DNA of 64,000 nucleotides, taken from NCBI GenBank assembly GCA_963713285.1, contig CAVQLA010000010.1:7658-71657 (forward strand), in the 5' to 3' direction. A program made the position numbers and the translations under genes. The notes below the pieces were generated by a model, which was given only the letters and a program-made list of their open reading frames with translations, made no database searches and was not told the DNA's origin. Each line of letters begins with the position of its first letter. Within the stretch, counting starts at the first letter, position 1. Below, piece after piece: positions 53,896-63,705 of the stretch. Source of the DNA: an uncultured Chloroflexia bacterium. GTDB lineage: Bacteria > Chloroflexota > Limnocylindria > Limnocylindrales > CSP1-4.

Positions 53896-54933
53896 ATGGA
53901 GCCGAACGTCGTCCTGCCGCTCACGTCGTCCCTGCTGAGCTTCGTCTTCGCGCTCTTCCTGCTGGACCAGTGGCTGGAGCGCCGGAGGCCGTACCAGCTC
54001 ATCTGGACCATCGGCATGCTGTGGTACGGCATCTCGGCCGGCACCGAGTTCGTCGGCGGCGCCTTCGGCTGGAGCGAGCCCCTCTACCGCGCGTGGTACC
54101 TGACCGGCGCGGTCTGGGTCGCCGGCTGGCTGGGCCTCGGGACGATGTACCTCCTGGGGAAGACCCGGTTCGGGTACGGCGCGGCGGCCTCGGTGCTGCT
54201 GGCCGGCCTGTTCACGTTCCTGTCCTGGCGGCGCTACGAGTACCCGGACAGCGGCATCTCGCCGTACCTGTACCTGGCGATCGGCGCGGTCGCGGCCCTC
54301 GCGATCGGCGTCGAGACGTACCGGGCGAAGGGGCGCTGGGCCAACGTGGCCGGCGCGCTGATCGTGGCCGGGACGCTCGTCTCGATCCCGATGGTGGTCC
54401 TGGCGCCGCTCGCCCCGCCGGGCTACGCCCTCGACCCGGGCACCGGGATCCCCAGCGGCGAGCTCTTCCCCGGCTACGTCCGCCTCCTGACGCCGTTCTT
54501 CAACATCACCGGCGGGTTCGCGCTCGTCCTCGGCGCGCTCTACTCGGCCTACGTGTTCATGCCCAAGCGGCGAGTGATCCGCTACGACCTGGGGCGCGAC
54601 CGCGGCGTGGCGCGGTTCCTGCTCAACCTGGCCCTCGCGCCCATCGCCATCGGGGTCAACTTCGTGGCCTCGATCCCCGGCGCGGTCGCGGCGCTCCTCC
54701 GCGGCGAGCTGAACAGCCGCGTCCCGTCGACGATCCTGCTGGCGATCGGCGGGTTCGTCCCCTCGCTGACGGGCAGCCTGGCCCGCTTCGGCGCGACGGA
54801 GGCGTTCTTCCTCGGCGAGCTGCTCGGCGTGGTCTTCCTGTTCGCCGGCTTCCTCGTCTCGATCGAAGTCTTCCGCGAGATCCGGATCCCGTTCACCAGC
54901 ATCGTGCTGCACACGCGGCGCGGCGCGGCATAG
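53896..54933 (+). CDS. Multi-pass membrane protein, unknown function
   Basis: About 9 hydrophobic segments; QW..RRRPYQL.W, YR.WYL.GA, F.LGELLG...LF.GFL. Confidence 0.75.
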   Translation: MEPNVVLPLTSSLLSFVFALFLLDQWLERRRPYQLIWTIGMLWYGISAGTEFVGGAFGWSEPLYRAWYLTGAVWVAGWLGLGTMYLLGKTRFGYGAAASVLLAGLFTFLSWRRYEYPDSGISPYLYLAIGAVAALAIGVETYRAKGRWANVAGALIVAGTLVSIPMVVLAPLAPPGYALDPGTGIPSGELFPGYVRLLTPFFNITGGFALVLGALYSAYVFMPKRRVIRYDLGRDRGVARFLLNLALAPIAIGVNFVASIPGAVAALLRGELNSRVPSTILLAIGGFVPSLTGSLARFGATEAFFLGELLGVVFLFAGFLVSIEVFREIRIPFTSIVLHTRRGAA

Positions 54934-54969
54934 CCGCTCCCGCGGGAGCGGCGCACCCGGTTCGGGTGC
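54933..54969. terminator. Tandem hairpins between convergent genes
   Basis: GCCGCTCCC-GC-GGGAGCGGC directly followed by GCACCCG-GTT-CGGGTGC. Confidence 0.55.
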
Positions 54970-54987
54970 CGGTGCCGCGCCGGGCTC

Positions 54988-55470
54988 CTACGCCGCCCGG
55001 AACCGGAGCGTGATCGTGCCCGAGTCGTTCCGGAGCTCCAGCGTGTCCCCCGTGATCGAGAAGGTCGCCACCTTCGGGAGGATCGCCAGGTAGGGGGGCT
55101 CGACGGGACCCGCGGCGCCGGTGCAGGCCATCTTCGTCGCCATGACCTCGCCGATCGACAGCTTCTCGCCGTCGACCGTGTACTCCGCGCTGTAGTCGTT
55201 GCAGCCGCCGTTCCCCGAGAGCGTGCCATCCTGGAACGTCGCCGTGACGGTGACCCCGGCCGGCACGGCCACGACGCCCCCGGCCGCCCCGACGTACTCG
55301 GTCAGCTGCCAGGTCGTGCCCTCGAGCGGCAGGTCCGGGCCCGACGGCGACGGCGACGGCGTGGAGCCGCTCCCGCAGGCGGCGATCGCCAGGACGACCG
55401 CCGCGAGCAGGGCGACCAGGGGACGGGGGCCGCGCCCGGCGGACCGGCGCGCCGTGATGCGATGCTGCAT
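54988..55470 (-). CDS. META domain (HslJ-like) lipoprotein
   Basis: Lipobox IAAC, LEGTTWQL, G.GGCN.Y, TKMAC, E..YL. Confidence 0.88.
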   Translation of the reverse strand: MQHRITARRSAGRGPRPLVALLAAVVLAIAACGSGSTPSPSPSGPDLPLEGTTWQLTEYVGAAGGVVAVPAGVTVTATFQDGTLSGNGGCNDYSAEYTVDGEKLSIGEVMATKMACTGAAGPVEPPYLAILPKVATFSITGDTLELRNDSGTITLRFRAA

Positions 55471-55570
55471 GGCGTTGCTGCTCCCAGGTGGAACCGACAT
55501 CATCTCGAGGCCGGCCGAAGGACCGACCGCGGGCCAGTGTACGGCGGCGAGGCGGCTCGGCGGGAGCCGC

Positions 55571-56620
55571 TCAGCGGACGTACAGCCGGAACCACGTGGT
55601 GCGGGAGTTGCCGGCGGCGTCCCAGGTCGTCCAGCGCACGGTGTGGCGCCCCATCCAGAGCCGGTACGAGGGAACGAGGATCGACCGCGTGGCCCGCGTC
55701 CCGCCGAGCGTCCACGTCCGCAGACGGCGGCCGTCGACCCAGACCCTGAGGGTCCGCAGCGAGCGGTCGTCGGCGATCGTGGCGCCGAGCGTCCGGCCGT
55801 AGCCGGCCCGCACGGCGCTCGTGCCGGTCAGGCGGACGAAGGACGGCCTCGCGAGGTCCGGCTGAGGGGTCGGGCCCGGGATCGGAGCCACGGCCGGCGC
55901 GGGAGCCAGCTCGGGAGTCGGCGTCGGGGCGGGAGTCGGGGCCGGTGTCGGGGTTGCCGTCGGGGCGGGAGTCGGGGCCGGTGTCGGGGTCGCCGTCGGT
56001 CCGCCCAGGCTGAAGACGCACGCGTAGTACCGGCCCCCGTCCCCGGCCAGCGCCGAGCCGCAGCCGAACCGGTCGAACGAGTTGAGGATGTTCGACCGGT
56101 GCCCCGAGCTCTGCATGAAGCCGCGCTGGGCGACCTCGACCGTCTTCGGCGTGGTCGTCGTGCCCCGGCAGGCGGTGCCGTCGATCGCGCAGCCGTAGGC
56201 GTAGGTCGCGGCCTCCGTGCCGTACGTGTTCCAGGCGATGTTCTCCCCGCGCATCGTGCGATAGCCCAGGACCAGGCCCATCACGTCGATCACGCTCATG
56301 TCCGTGCCGCCGGCGTTCAGGCACCCTGCCACGTAGTGGCTGAAGTAGGTGCGGTCGGCCATGTCGGCTGCCCGGCCGCGCAGGACGAGCGCGCCGTTGG
56401 TCGGGCAGGTCCACGAAAGGTCCCGGGCAAACGCGGCGAGGGTGGGATCGATGGCCAGCGGGGCCTTCCCGAGCGCCTCCCGGTCGAGGTTCGTCAGGCG
56501 CATCAGCTGGTCGCCGTATGGGTCGACGGAGGCGGCGCCGGCTCCCGGCGGGGCTGCGACGATGGTCGCGAGGATGGCGATGGCCGCGACCGCGAGAGCG
56601 ACGAAGCGCCGCAGGCGCAT
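55571..56620 (-). CDS. Secreted CAP/SCP-domain protein with Pro/Thr linker and C-terminal Ig-like domain
   Basis: Signal peptide, N.DR...G..PL, DM....YFSH, GENIAW, FM.S.GHR.NIL, PTATPTPAPTPA repeats. Confidence 0.85.
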   Translation of the reverse strand: MRLRRFVALAVAAIAILATIVAAPPGAGAASVDPYGDQLMRLTNLDREALGKAPLAIDPTLAAFARDLSWTCPTNGALVLRGRAADMADRTYFSHYVAGCLNAGGTDMSVIDVMGLVLGYRTMRGENIAWNTYGTEAATYAYGCAIDGTACRGTTTTPKTVEVAQRGFMQSSGHRSNILNSFDRFGCGSALAGDGGRYYACVFSLGGPTATPTPAPTPAPTATPTPAPTPAPTPTPELAPAPAVAPIPGPTPQPDLARPSFVRLTGTSAVRAGYGRTLGATIADDRSLRTLRVWVDGRRLRTWTLGGTRATRSILVPSYRLWMGRHTVRWTTWDAAGNSRTTWFRLYVR

Positions 56621-56800
56621 CGGGGTCTGCGGCGCGATAACAGCAGGGGGCGAGGGGCGATCAGCGGCCATCACCGCCATGCTGCGCGCAGGGCACCGGC
56701 AGGCCAATCGCCCGACGGTTCAGAACCCCCGGAACGAAGGGGCTGTGCGGTCGCGCACCGGGGCGGTGGCATGCAGCCGGGCGCCCGGGCGGGTGCGTCC

Positions 56801-57340
56801 CTACCGGGGGCCGCCGGCCGCGGGCAGGTGGGTGGCCAGGCCCTCGCCCCAGGCGCGGGCGCGCTCGACCTCGCCATCGACGAGACGATCGAACAGGGGG
56901 CCGGTCGGGCCTCCGACGAGAAAGCTCTCGGGGTCGACGACGACGCGGAAGCCGAGGCTCCGCAGCCGCGTGGCGGCGCCCTTCGAGGCCGAGCCCCAGA
57001 GCATCTCGGGGCCCTTGATGCGCGTGTCGAAGGCGGCCGCCGCGACGTGGTGGCCGCTGCCGCGGAACGCGTCCAGCCACTCGCGGATGCCCGCGCCCCG
57101 GGACACCAGGCGGTCCCCCGCGCGCTTGGCCGAATCGGCCCGCGACTCGGGCTTGGACATGCCGTGGGCGTGGGTCGGGCCGCCGATCACGAGGAGGGTG
57201 ACGTCGTCGGGGACCACCATCGGCACGCTGCCGACCTCGAGAGTCTCGACCGGCATCCGGGCGCCGATGCCCTCGGCGACCGCGAGGGCGATCTCCCGCG
57301 TGTTGCCGAACATGGATTCGTAGACGACCAGCGCGCGCAT
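56801..57340 (-). CDS. Flavodoxin-family protein
   Basis: VVYESMFGNT..IA, GGPTH, AAFDTR, GE.ERA..WG. Confidence 0.9.
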   Translation of the reverse strand: MRALVVYESMFGNTREIALAVAEGIGARMPVETLEVGSVPMVVPDDVTLLVIGGPTHAHGMSKPESRADSAKRAGDRLVSRGAGIREWLDAFRGSGHHVAAAAFDTRIKGPEMLWGSASKGAATRLRSLGFRVVVDPESFLVGGPTGPLFDRLVDGEVERARAWGEGLATHLPAAGGPR

Positions 57341-57549
57341 GGGCGATCACCCCCGGGAAGGTACCGACGGCGGTCACGATCGCCCGCGAGGACGCTGCGC
57401 CGCCAGAGCCGGCCGACACGGGAATCGGCGCCGGGCGGCCCGGCTCCGATCGCCGCGCAGGCGATCCGTCCGCCGCCGCTCCCCGCGGGACGGGCCGCTC
57501 GTCAACGCCCGTGCGCTGCGACGGCGCGGTGCTGGCGTACCATCCGGCG

Positions 57550-59151
57550 GTGATGAGAAGGCACGGCCTGCGCCTTTCGTTCCCGATCGTCGCCGGGGTG
57601 GCCGCGGTAGCCGTGGCGACCCTCGTCATCGCCGCGCTGGAGGGCGTCCCCGGCGTCCCCAACGCGTCGGCCGTCTACCTCGTCGCCGTGGCGGCGGTGG
57701 CGATCGCCGCCGGGACCGGGGGCGCCGTCTTCACCGCCGTCCTGTCGGTCCTCGTCTACGACTTCCTCTTCACGGACCCCCTCCACACGCTCCTCGTCGC
57801 GGATCCCGGGGAGTGGCTGAACCTCGTTCTCCTCCTGTTCGTGGCGGTGACCGTCGGCCAGCTCGCGGCCCTTCAGCGCCGGCGGGCCGAGGTGGCGGTC
57901 CAGCGCGAGCGGGAAGCCCGGGCCCTCTTCCAGGTGACGCGCGTGCTCGCGGCGCGCGACTCGACGCAGGAGGTGCTCCCGGCGATCGCCGCGGCGCTGG
58001 CCCGGGAGGCCGGCATGGATCGCGTCTGGATCACCCTGGGCGCCGACGACGCGACGGAGCGCCCGGTGGCCGACAGCGGCAGCGAGGCACCGGCCCGCCG
58101 CAGCGGAACGCATGCGGTCCTGCAGCGGCCGACGGGGGAGGCGACCCCCACGTGGACCCAGGTGCGCGAGCCGGCAACCCCTGCCCAGCCCCGGGCAGCG
58201 GAGCGCCGCTACCGGGTCCGGATGGAGGCCGGCGGCCGCCCGGTCGGCTCGATCTGGTGCACGCGGGAGGTCGAGGCCGGGCCACCGGACAGCTCGGCCA
58301 CACGGCTGCTGGCCGTCACGGCCGACCAGGTCGCGCAGGCGCTGGAGCACGACCGGCTCGTCGACGAGGCGCAGCGCGCCGAGATCGCCCGCCAGAGCGA
58401 CACGTTGAAGTCCGCGCTCCTGGAATCCGTGTCGCACGACCTGCGCACGCCGCTGGCCTCCATCCGCGCGTACGCCGGAACGCTGATGGACGGGGAGGTC
58501 AGCCTCTCGTCCGAGGATGCCCGCGCCAGCGCGGCGGCGATCGACCGGGAGGCCCAGCGGCTCAACCGCCTCGTGGCGAACCTCCTGGACCTGGGGCGGA
58601 TCGAGGGCGGCGCGCTGCGGGCGGCCCGGGAGGCACTCGATCTCGAGGACGTCGTCCAGGTCGCCGTCGCCCAGGTCGAGCCGCGCGCCGGCACGCGAGC
58701 GCTGCAGGTACGGGTCCCCGGGCAGATCACCGTGATCTCCGATCCGGTGCTCCTCGAGGAGGCCGTGATCAACCTGCTGGAGAACGCCGTGCGCCACACG
58801 CCCGACGGGACGACGGTGCTGATCTCCGCCACGCCGATGGAGCCGGGGACGGTGCGGCTCACCGTCGAGGACTCCGGGCCGGGCGTGCCGGCCGAGGCGC
58901 TCCCCCACCTCTTCGAGAAGTTCTATCGACCACCGCAGCGCGGCGCGGCGCGGCGGACGGGCACGGGCATCGGGCTGGCCGTGGTGCGCGGGCTGGTGGA
59001 GGCCCTGGGCGGGACGGCGCAGGCGCGGGCGAGCGCCCTCGGCGGGCTGGCGGTCGACCTCGACCTGCCGGCGGCGGACGTCGTCGCGGCGGTTGCGGGG
59101 GGCATCGCCGCGGCGGACGTCGCCGCGGCGGTGGCCGGGGGCCCGGGATGA
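57550..59151 (+). CDS. KdpD-like sensor kinase (DUF4118 + GAF-like + HisKA/HATPase), lacking N-terminal KdpD/Usp domains
   Basis: YDFLFT.P.HTL, ALL.SVSHDLRTPLASI, NLL.NA..H, DSGPG, FEKFYR, GTGIGL; TACCAT-N6-GTG. Confidence 0.88.
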   Translation: MMRRHGLRLSFPIVAGVAAVAVATLVIAALEGVPGVPNASAVYLVAVAAVAIAAGTGGAVFTAVLSVLVYDFLFTDPLHTLLVADPGEWLNLVLLLFVAVTVGQLAALQRRRAEVAVQREREARALFQVTRVLAARDSTQEVLPAIAAALAREAGMDRVWITLGADDATERPVADSGSEAPARRSGTHAVLQRPTGEATPTWTQVREPATPAQPRAAERRYRVRMEAGGRPVGSIWCTREVEAGPPDSSATRLLAVTADQVAQALEHDRLVDEAQRAEIARQSDTLKSALLESVSHDLRTPLASIRAYAGTLMDGEVSLSSEDARASAAAIDREAQRLNRLVANLLDLGRIEGGALRAAREALDLEDVVQVAVAQVEPRAGTRALQVRVPGQITVISDPVLLEEAVINLLENAVRHTPDGTTVLISATPMEPGTVRLTVEDSGPGVPAEALPHLFEKFYRPPQRGAARRTGTGIGLAVVRGLVEALGGTAQARASALGGLAVDLDLPAADVVAAVAGGIAAADVAAAVAGGPG

Positions 59152-59891
59152 GCACGGAACGGGAGCCAGGCCCGGCCATCCTCCTCGTGGAGGACGACGA
59201 GGCGACCCGCGTCGCCCTCCGGCGCGACCTGCTGTCGCGCGGGTACCGCGTCGACGACGTGGCCGACGGGACGAGCGCGCTGGCTCGCTGGGAGGCGCGG
59301 CGGCCCGACGCCATCCTGCTGGACCTGGGGCTCCCGGACATGGACGGGACGCGCGTGATCCGGCAAATCCGGCGTGAGGCCCAGACACCGATCCTCGTGC
59401 TCTCCGCGCGCGACGCCGAGGCCACGAAGATCGAGGCTCTCGAGCAGGGCGCGGACGACTACGTCACCAAGCCGTTCGGGATCGGCGAGCTGCACGCGCG
59501 GCTGCGCGCGGTGCTGCGGCGCGCCGCCGGGCCTGCGTCGGACGCCCGTGGCCGCGTCCGGGCCGGTGACCTCGTCCTCGACGCCGTGCGCCACGAGGTC
59601 CGCGTCGCGGGGAAGCCGGTCGACCTGACGCCGCGCGAGTTCGAGGTGCTGCGCGTCCTCCTCGCCCACGCCGGGCGGCTCGTCACGCGGGGTCGCCTCC
59701 TGCGGGCCGTGTGGGGCGAGGCCTACAGCGGCGAAGACCACTACGTCCACGTCTTCGTGAGCCAGGTCCGGCGCAAGCTGGCCGCCGTGGATCCCGACGG
59801 CGCGCTGCGCGACCTCATCGTCACCGAGCCGGGGGTCGGCTACCGCGTCCGGGCACTCGACGCCGACACCCCTCCCCGCACGGAATCCTGA
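59148..59891 (+). CDS. KdpE-like response regulator
   Basis: LDLGLPDMDG, LSAR..E..KI.AL..GADDYVTKPFGIGEL.AR, LTP.EF, TEPGVGYR. Confidence 0.9.
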   Translation: MSTEREPGPAILLVEDDEATRVALRRDLLSRGYRVDDVADGTSALARWEARRPDAILLDLGLPDMDGTRVIRQIRREAQTPILVLSARDAEATKIEALEQGADDYVTKPFGIGELHARLRAVLRRAAGPASDARGRVRAGDLVLDAVRHEVRVAGKPVDLTPREFEVLRVLLAHAGRLVTRGRLLRAVWGEAYSGEDHYVHVFVSQVRRKLAAVDPDGALRDLIVTEPGVGYRVRALDADTPPRTES

Positions 59892-59905
59892 GCATTCCCT
59901 GAGCA
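59887..59905 (+). promoter_or_regulatory. Direct repeat with 11-bp period, candidate response-regulator box
   Basis: CCTGAGCA-TTC-CCTGAGCA, about 43 bp upstream of the TACGGT -10 box (59948-59953). Confidence 0.5.
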
Positions 59906-59959
59906 GGCCCGCCGGGCTGCGACGTGGGGCCTCTTGGACCCGGGGCCTACGGTGGAGGC

Positions 59960-60214
59960 GTGGAACCATCACGCATCACCCTGCTGCCCGTCGATTTCCA
60001 GGCCCCCGACCACCTGCTGGGCGACCTCGACGCGGCGATCGCGCTCGTGGCAAGCGGCGCGGCGCGGCGGGTCGTGCTCGCCGGCCTGGCGGGCGTGGAG
60101 TCCGTGGCCGCCGAGGCACTCGTCCACGCCCAGGCCGCGCACGTCCGCTTCACGCTGGCGCGGTCGGGCCAGGCGGACGCCCCGTCCGTCGTGGTCGGGC
60201 CGCTCGAAGCATGA
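59960..60214 (+). CDS. Small hypothetical protein (84 aa) coupled to the KimA-like gene
   Basis: TACGGT-N6-GTG start; ATGA overlap with the next gene. Confidence 0.65.
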   Translation: MEPSRITLLPVDFQAPDHLLGDLDAAIALVASGAARRVVLAGLAGVESVAAEALVHAQAAHVRFTLARSGQADAPSVVVGPLEA

Positions 60215-62271
60215 TCGGCGGTCGCCGACCGCTCCAGGGTCGCAAGGTCGCCGACCGGCGCGTGCGCGTCGACAGGCCCCACTCGCCGTACTTCCGGTAC
60301 ACCGGCCCCGGGATGCTCACCGCCAAGGCGGCCGCGTCGACGACCCCTGCCGCCGGCCCGGGCGAGACGATCCGCCGGTTCCTGTTCGGGCGCCGCCTCT
60401 CCAACGAGGAGGAGGCGTTCGAGCGCCTCCCGAAGAAGCTCGCGCTCCCCATCTTCAGCTCGGACGCCATCAGCTCCTCGGCCTACGCGACCGAGGAGAT
60501 CCTGCGGGTCCTCGTCATCGCGGGCGCCGGAGCGCTCCTCGTCTCGATCGAGGTCGCGATCGCGATCACCGTCCTGCTGGCGGTCGTGTCGATCTCGTAC
60601 CGCCAGGTCTGCCGGGCCTACCCGTCCGGCGGCGGCGCCTACGTCGTGGCGCGCGAGAACCTCGGGCCGATCTTCGGGCTCATCGCGGCGGCGGCGCTCC
60701 TCATCGACTACGTCATGACCGTCGCCGTCTCCACCTCGTCCGCCGTCGCGCAGGTGTACTCCGTCATTCCCGAGCTCTACGACCTGCGGATCGAGATCGC
60801 CCTCGCCGCGATCGCCCTGATCACGATCGCGAACCTCCGGGGCCTCCGGGAGGCCGGGCTCCTGTTCGCGAGCCCGACCTACCTGTTCGTCGGGCTCGCC
60901 TTCCTCATGATCGCGATGGGGCTCGCCCGCGTTGCGACGGGCCAGGGCCCCGCCACGCCGCCCCCGACCGACGTCGTCGACTACGGGACGCAGGCGCTGG
61001 GCGTGATCCTGCTCCTGCGGGCCTTCGCCGCGGGCTCCGTGGCCCTCACCGGCGTGGAGGCGATCGCCAACGGAGTGCCCGCGTTCAAGCCTCCCGAGGC
61101 GAAGAACGCCGCGAACACGATGCTCACGATGGCGATCCTCCTGGGCGTCCTCTTCATCGGCATCACACTGCTCGCGCGGGCCTTCGACATCCGGCCCACC
61201 GAGGAGGGCGGCGCCACCGTCGTCGCGATCGTGGCGGCCGCCGTCTTCGGGGACGGCACGCCGCTCTTCCTGGCCTTCCAGGCGGCCACGGCGCTGATCC
61301 TGTTCCTGGCCGTCAACACGAGCTTCAACGCCTTCCCCCGCCTCGCCGCGATCCTTGCCCAGGACGGCTACATGCCCCGCCAGTTCGCGTTCCGTGGCGA
61401 CCGGCTCGCCTTCTCGTGGGGCATCGTGGTGCTGGCGACGGTCGCCGGCGCGCTGATCGTGATCTTCGCGGGCGATACCCACGCCCTGATCCCGCTCTAC
61501 TCGGTCGGCGTCTTCGTGTGCTTCACGCTCTCGCAGACCGGCATGGTCCGTCACTGGTTCCACGAGCGGGAGCGTGGCTGGTGGGCGCGCGCCCTCGTGA
61601 ACGCGGCGGGTGCCGCCCTGACGTTCGTCGTCCTCCTCGTCGTCTCGGGCATGAAGTTCGTCGATGGCGCCTGGCTGGTCCTCGTCCTGATCCCCGCCGA
61701 GGTCGCCGTCTTCTCGTTCGTGCGCCGGCAGTACGCCGCGTCGCAGGCGCAGGTGGCGCTCCGCCCGGACCAGGTCGTGCCGGTGCCGAACCGCCTGGAG
61801 CGAGTGGTCATCCCCATCGCGGGCCTCGATCGCGCCGTGGTCCAGGCGGTCAACGTCGGCCGCTCCCTGGCGGATGATGTGCGCGCGGTCCTGGTGTCCG
61901 CCGACCCGGCCGAGGCGCTGGAGGTTCGCGAGGCGTGGGAGCGGCAGGTGCCCGCGGTCCCGCTGGTGGTGGTGGAGAGCCCCTACCGGGCCCTCACCGG
62001 CCCGCTGCTCGCGTACCTCGAGGTCCTCGACCAGTCCTGGCCGCCGGACAAGGACACGCCGATCACGATCGTGGTCCTCCCGGAGTTCGTGCCGCGTCAC
62101 TGGTGGGAGCGGCTCCTCTACAACCAGTCGAGCGCCGAGCTGCGGCGCGCGCTCCTGGGCCGGCCCGACACGGTCGTCATGAACGTCCCGTACCGCCGCG
62201 AGGAGCCGCACGTGTTCCGCCGACCGGAGGCGCCGGAAACGCCCGGGGAGCAGGCGGACACCGGGTCCTGA
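60211..62271 (+). CDS. kimA: APC-superfamily permease, KimA/YdaO-like K+ transporter
   Basis: LPIFSSDAISSSAYATEEI, AYPSGGGAY.V, ALLIDY..TVAVS, NLRG.RE, ALTGVEAIANGVP.FK.P, LIPLY.VGVF, SPYR, PEFV...WW..L.NQ. Confidence 0.85.
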   Translation: MIGGRRPLQGRKVADRRVRVDRPHSPYFRYTGPGMLTAKAAASTTPAAGPGETIRRFLFGRRLSNEEEAFERLPKKLALPIFSSDAISSSAYATEEILRVLVIAGAGALLVSIEVAIAITVLLAVVSISYRQVCRAYPSGGGAYVVARENLGPIFGLIAAAALLIDYVMTVAVSTSSAVAQVYSVIPELYDLRIEIALAAIALITIANLRGLREAGLLFASPTYLFVGLAFLMIAMGLARVATGQGPATPPPTDVVDYGTQALGVILLLRAFAAGSVALTGVEAIANGVPAFKPPEAKNAANTMLTMAILLGVLFIGITLLARAFDIRPTEEGGATVVAIVAAAVFGDGTPLFLAFQAATALILFLAVNTSFNAFPRLAAILAQDGYMPRQFAFRGDRLAFSWGIVVLATVAGALIVIFAGDTHALIPLYSVGVFVCFTLSQTGMVRHWFHERERGWWARALVNAAGAALTFVVLLVVSGMKFVDGAWLVLVLIPAEVAVFSFVRRQYAASQAQVALRPDQVVPVPNRLERVVIPIAGLDRAVVQAVNVGRSLADDVRAVLVSADPAEALEVREAWERQVPAVPLVVVESPYRALTGPLLAYLEVLDQSWPPDKDTPITIVVLPEFVPRHWWERLLYNQSSAELRRALLGRPDTVVMNVPYRREEPHVFRRPEAPETPGEQADTGS

Positions 62272-62306
62272 CGGCCCGGAGCACCGTCTCGGCGAGCGGC
62301 CCGGCG

Positions 62307-62789
62307 TCAGGATCCGCCGGCGCGCTCCTCGGCCAGGAAGCCGGCGTGGCGGGCGACGGCCTCGCGCACCAGGCGGGTGACGAGCTCCGCGTCGAGCCCG
62401 GCACCGGGCCGGCTGTCGGGTGCGAGGTCGAGCGTCGCGAGATGGCTCGAACCGGGGCGCAGGACGCCGGCCCCCGCCTCGAGGCGGGTTCCGTACAGGA
62501 GGCGCAGGTTGACCGCTGCCTTCGTGACGCCGATCGCGACGACCCAGCGCCACCAGTCTCTGCCGATGGCGTACGTCAGCATCCCGTACTTGACCGCGGC
62601 GTCGAGCTCCGGCGCGGAGGTCCGGACCAGGCGGTCGAGCTCGGTCACGAGCGGTGCGCGCTCCGGAGCGACCCCGACGAGGTACTCGTCGAGCGGGTTG
62701 CCGGTCGTCGGCGCGGCAGATGCCTCGGCGACGTCCGTCTTCGCCGAGCGGTCGCGGGCTGTGCGCCTGCGAGCCTTGTCGGTCGTCAT
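62307..62789 (-). CDS. DUF1801-domain protein
   Basis: DEYL...L..LV...APEL...VKYG...Y, VNL....G..L. Confidence 0.7.
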   Translation of the reverse strand: MTTDKARRRTARDRSAKTDVAEASAAPTTGNPLDEYLVGVAPERAPLVTELDRLVRTSAPELDAAVKYGMLTYAIGRDWWRWVVAIGVTKAAVNLRLLYGTRLEAGAGVLRPGSSHLATLDLAPDSRPGAGLDAELVTRLVREAVARHAGFLAEERAGGS

Positions 62790-62862
62790 CTGCGGTGCTC
62801 CTCGACGGGCATGGAGGCTGCGGGACCCACGCTCCCGGGCATGCCCCGGCGAGCAAGCCACC

Positions 62863-63693
62863 CTAGACCTGGCACGAGGGACAGACGTAGCACGCTCCGC
62901 CGAGGTACTGGATCTTCTCGACGGTCGTGCCGCACCCGGGGCATGGCCGACCCGCCGCCGCCCTGTCCATCCGACGGACGTAGCGTCCCGGGTTGCCGTG
63001 GAGATCGGTCTCGTCGTGCCTGCCGCCCAGGGCGATCGCCTCGGCGACCGTGGTCACGATGGCCTCATGGAGGGCCCGCAGCCGGTCCGCGTCGAGGTCG
63101 GCCAGGGCGTGCCGGGGATGGAGCCGCGCGCGGAACATGATGTCCTGGGCGATCGCGTTCCCCAGGCCGGGGATGAGCTGGTCCTGGGTGAGAAGGCCCT
63201 TGACGCTGCGCTTCTCCCCGGTGAGCACCTCGTCGACGAGACCGCCGAAGTAGCCGAACGTGAACTCGGGGTCGACCGGGGTCGGCCGCATCCCCCGGAC
63301 ACCCTGCCGGTCCTGCTCCTTGCCGGCCTCGTGGAGCTCCATCGCTCCCCACATCGCCGTCGTGAGGGTCAGGGCCGAGCCATCCTCGAACGCGAGGACG
63401 AGATGAAAAGTTGCGGGCAGTCGCGCCCCCGCCGGATGGAAGAGCAGCTTCCCGCCGCACTCGCCGAGCAGCAGCACGTAGCCGGGCTCCAGGGCGATGA
63501 AGAGCCACCTCCCACGGGCGTGAGCCGGCCCGATCCGCCGGCCGGCCGTCAGCCGGGCGAACTCCCCGGGGCTGCGGTTGTACCAGACGAACTTGTGGGT
63601 TGTGTTGCCGAGGGAGCCGCTGCCGATCCTCCGGCCGGTCAGCGTCTCGTTGACCTGGGACGCCAGCGTCACGAGCTCAGGCAGCTCGAACAT
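62863..63693 (-). CDS. Fpg/Nei-family DNA glycosylase-like protein (atypical N-terminus)
   Basis: MFELPE, H2TH K.LL..DQ.IPGLGN...DI.F.A.LHP, Zn finger CPGCG...CPSCQ. Confidence 0.87.
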   Translation of the reverse strand: MFELPELVTLASQVNETLTGRRIGSGSLGNTTHKFVWYNRSPGEFARLTAGRRIGPAHARGRWLFIALEPGYVLLLGECGGKLLFHPAGARLPATFHLVLAFEDGSALTLTTAMWGAMELHEAGKEQDRQGVRGMRPTPVDPEFTFGYFGGLVDEVLTGEKRSVKGLLTQDQLIPGLGNAIAQDIMFRARLHPRHALADLDADRLRALHEAIVTTVAEAIALGGRHDETDLHGNPGRYVRRMDRAAAGRPCPGCGTTVEKIQYLGGACYVCPSCQV

Positions 63694-63705
63694 CGGTCCC
63701 TCCGC

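Noticed and set aside
55900-56000. Repeats within the CAP gene
   Set aside because: Ordinary Pro/Thr/Ala linker coding sequence.
59892-60210. c-di-AMP (ydaO) riboswitch upstream of kimA
   Set aside because: Region is occupied by a promoter and a coupled small ORF; no recognisable ydaO consensus.
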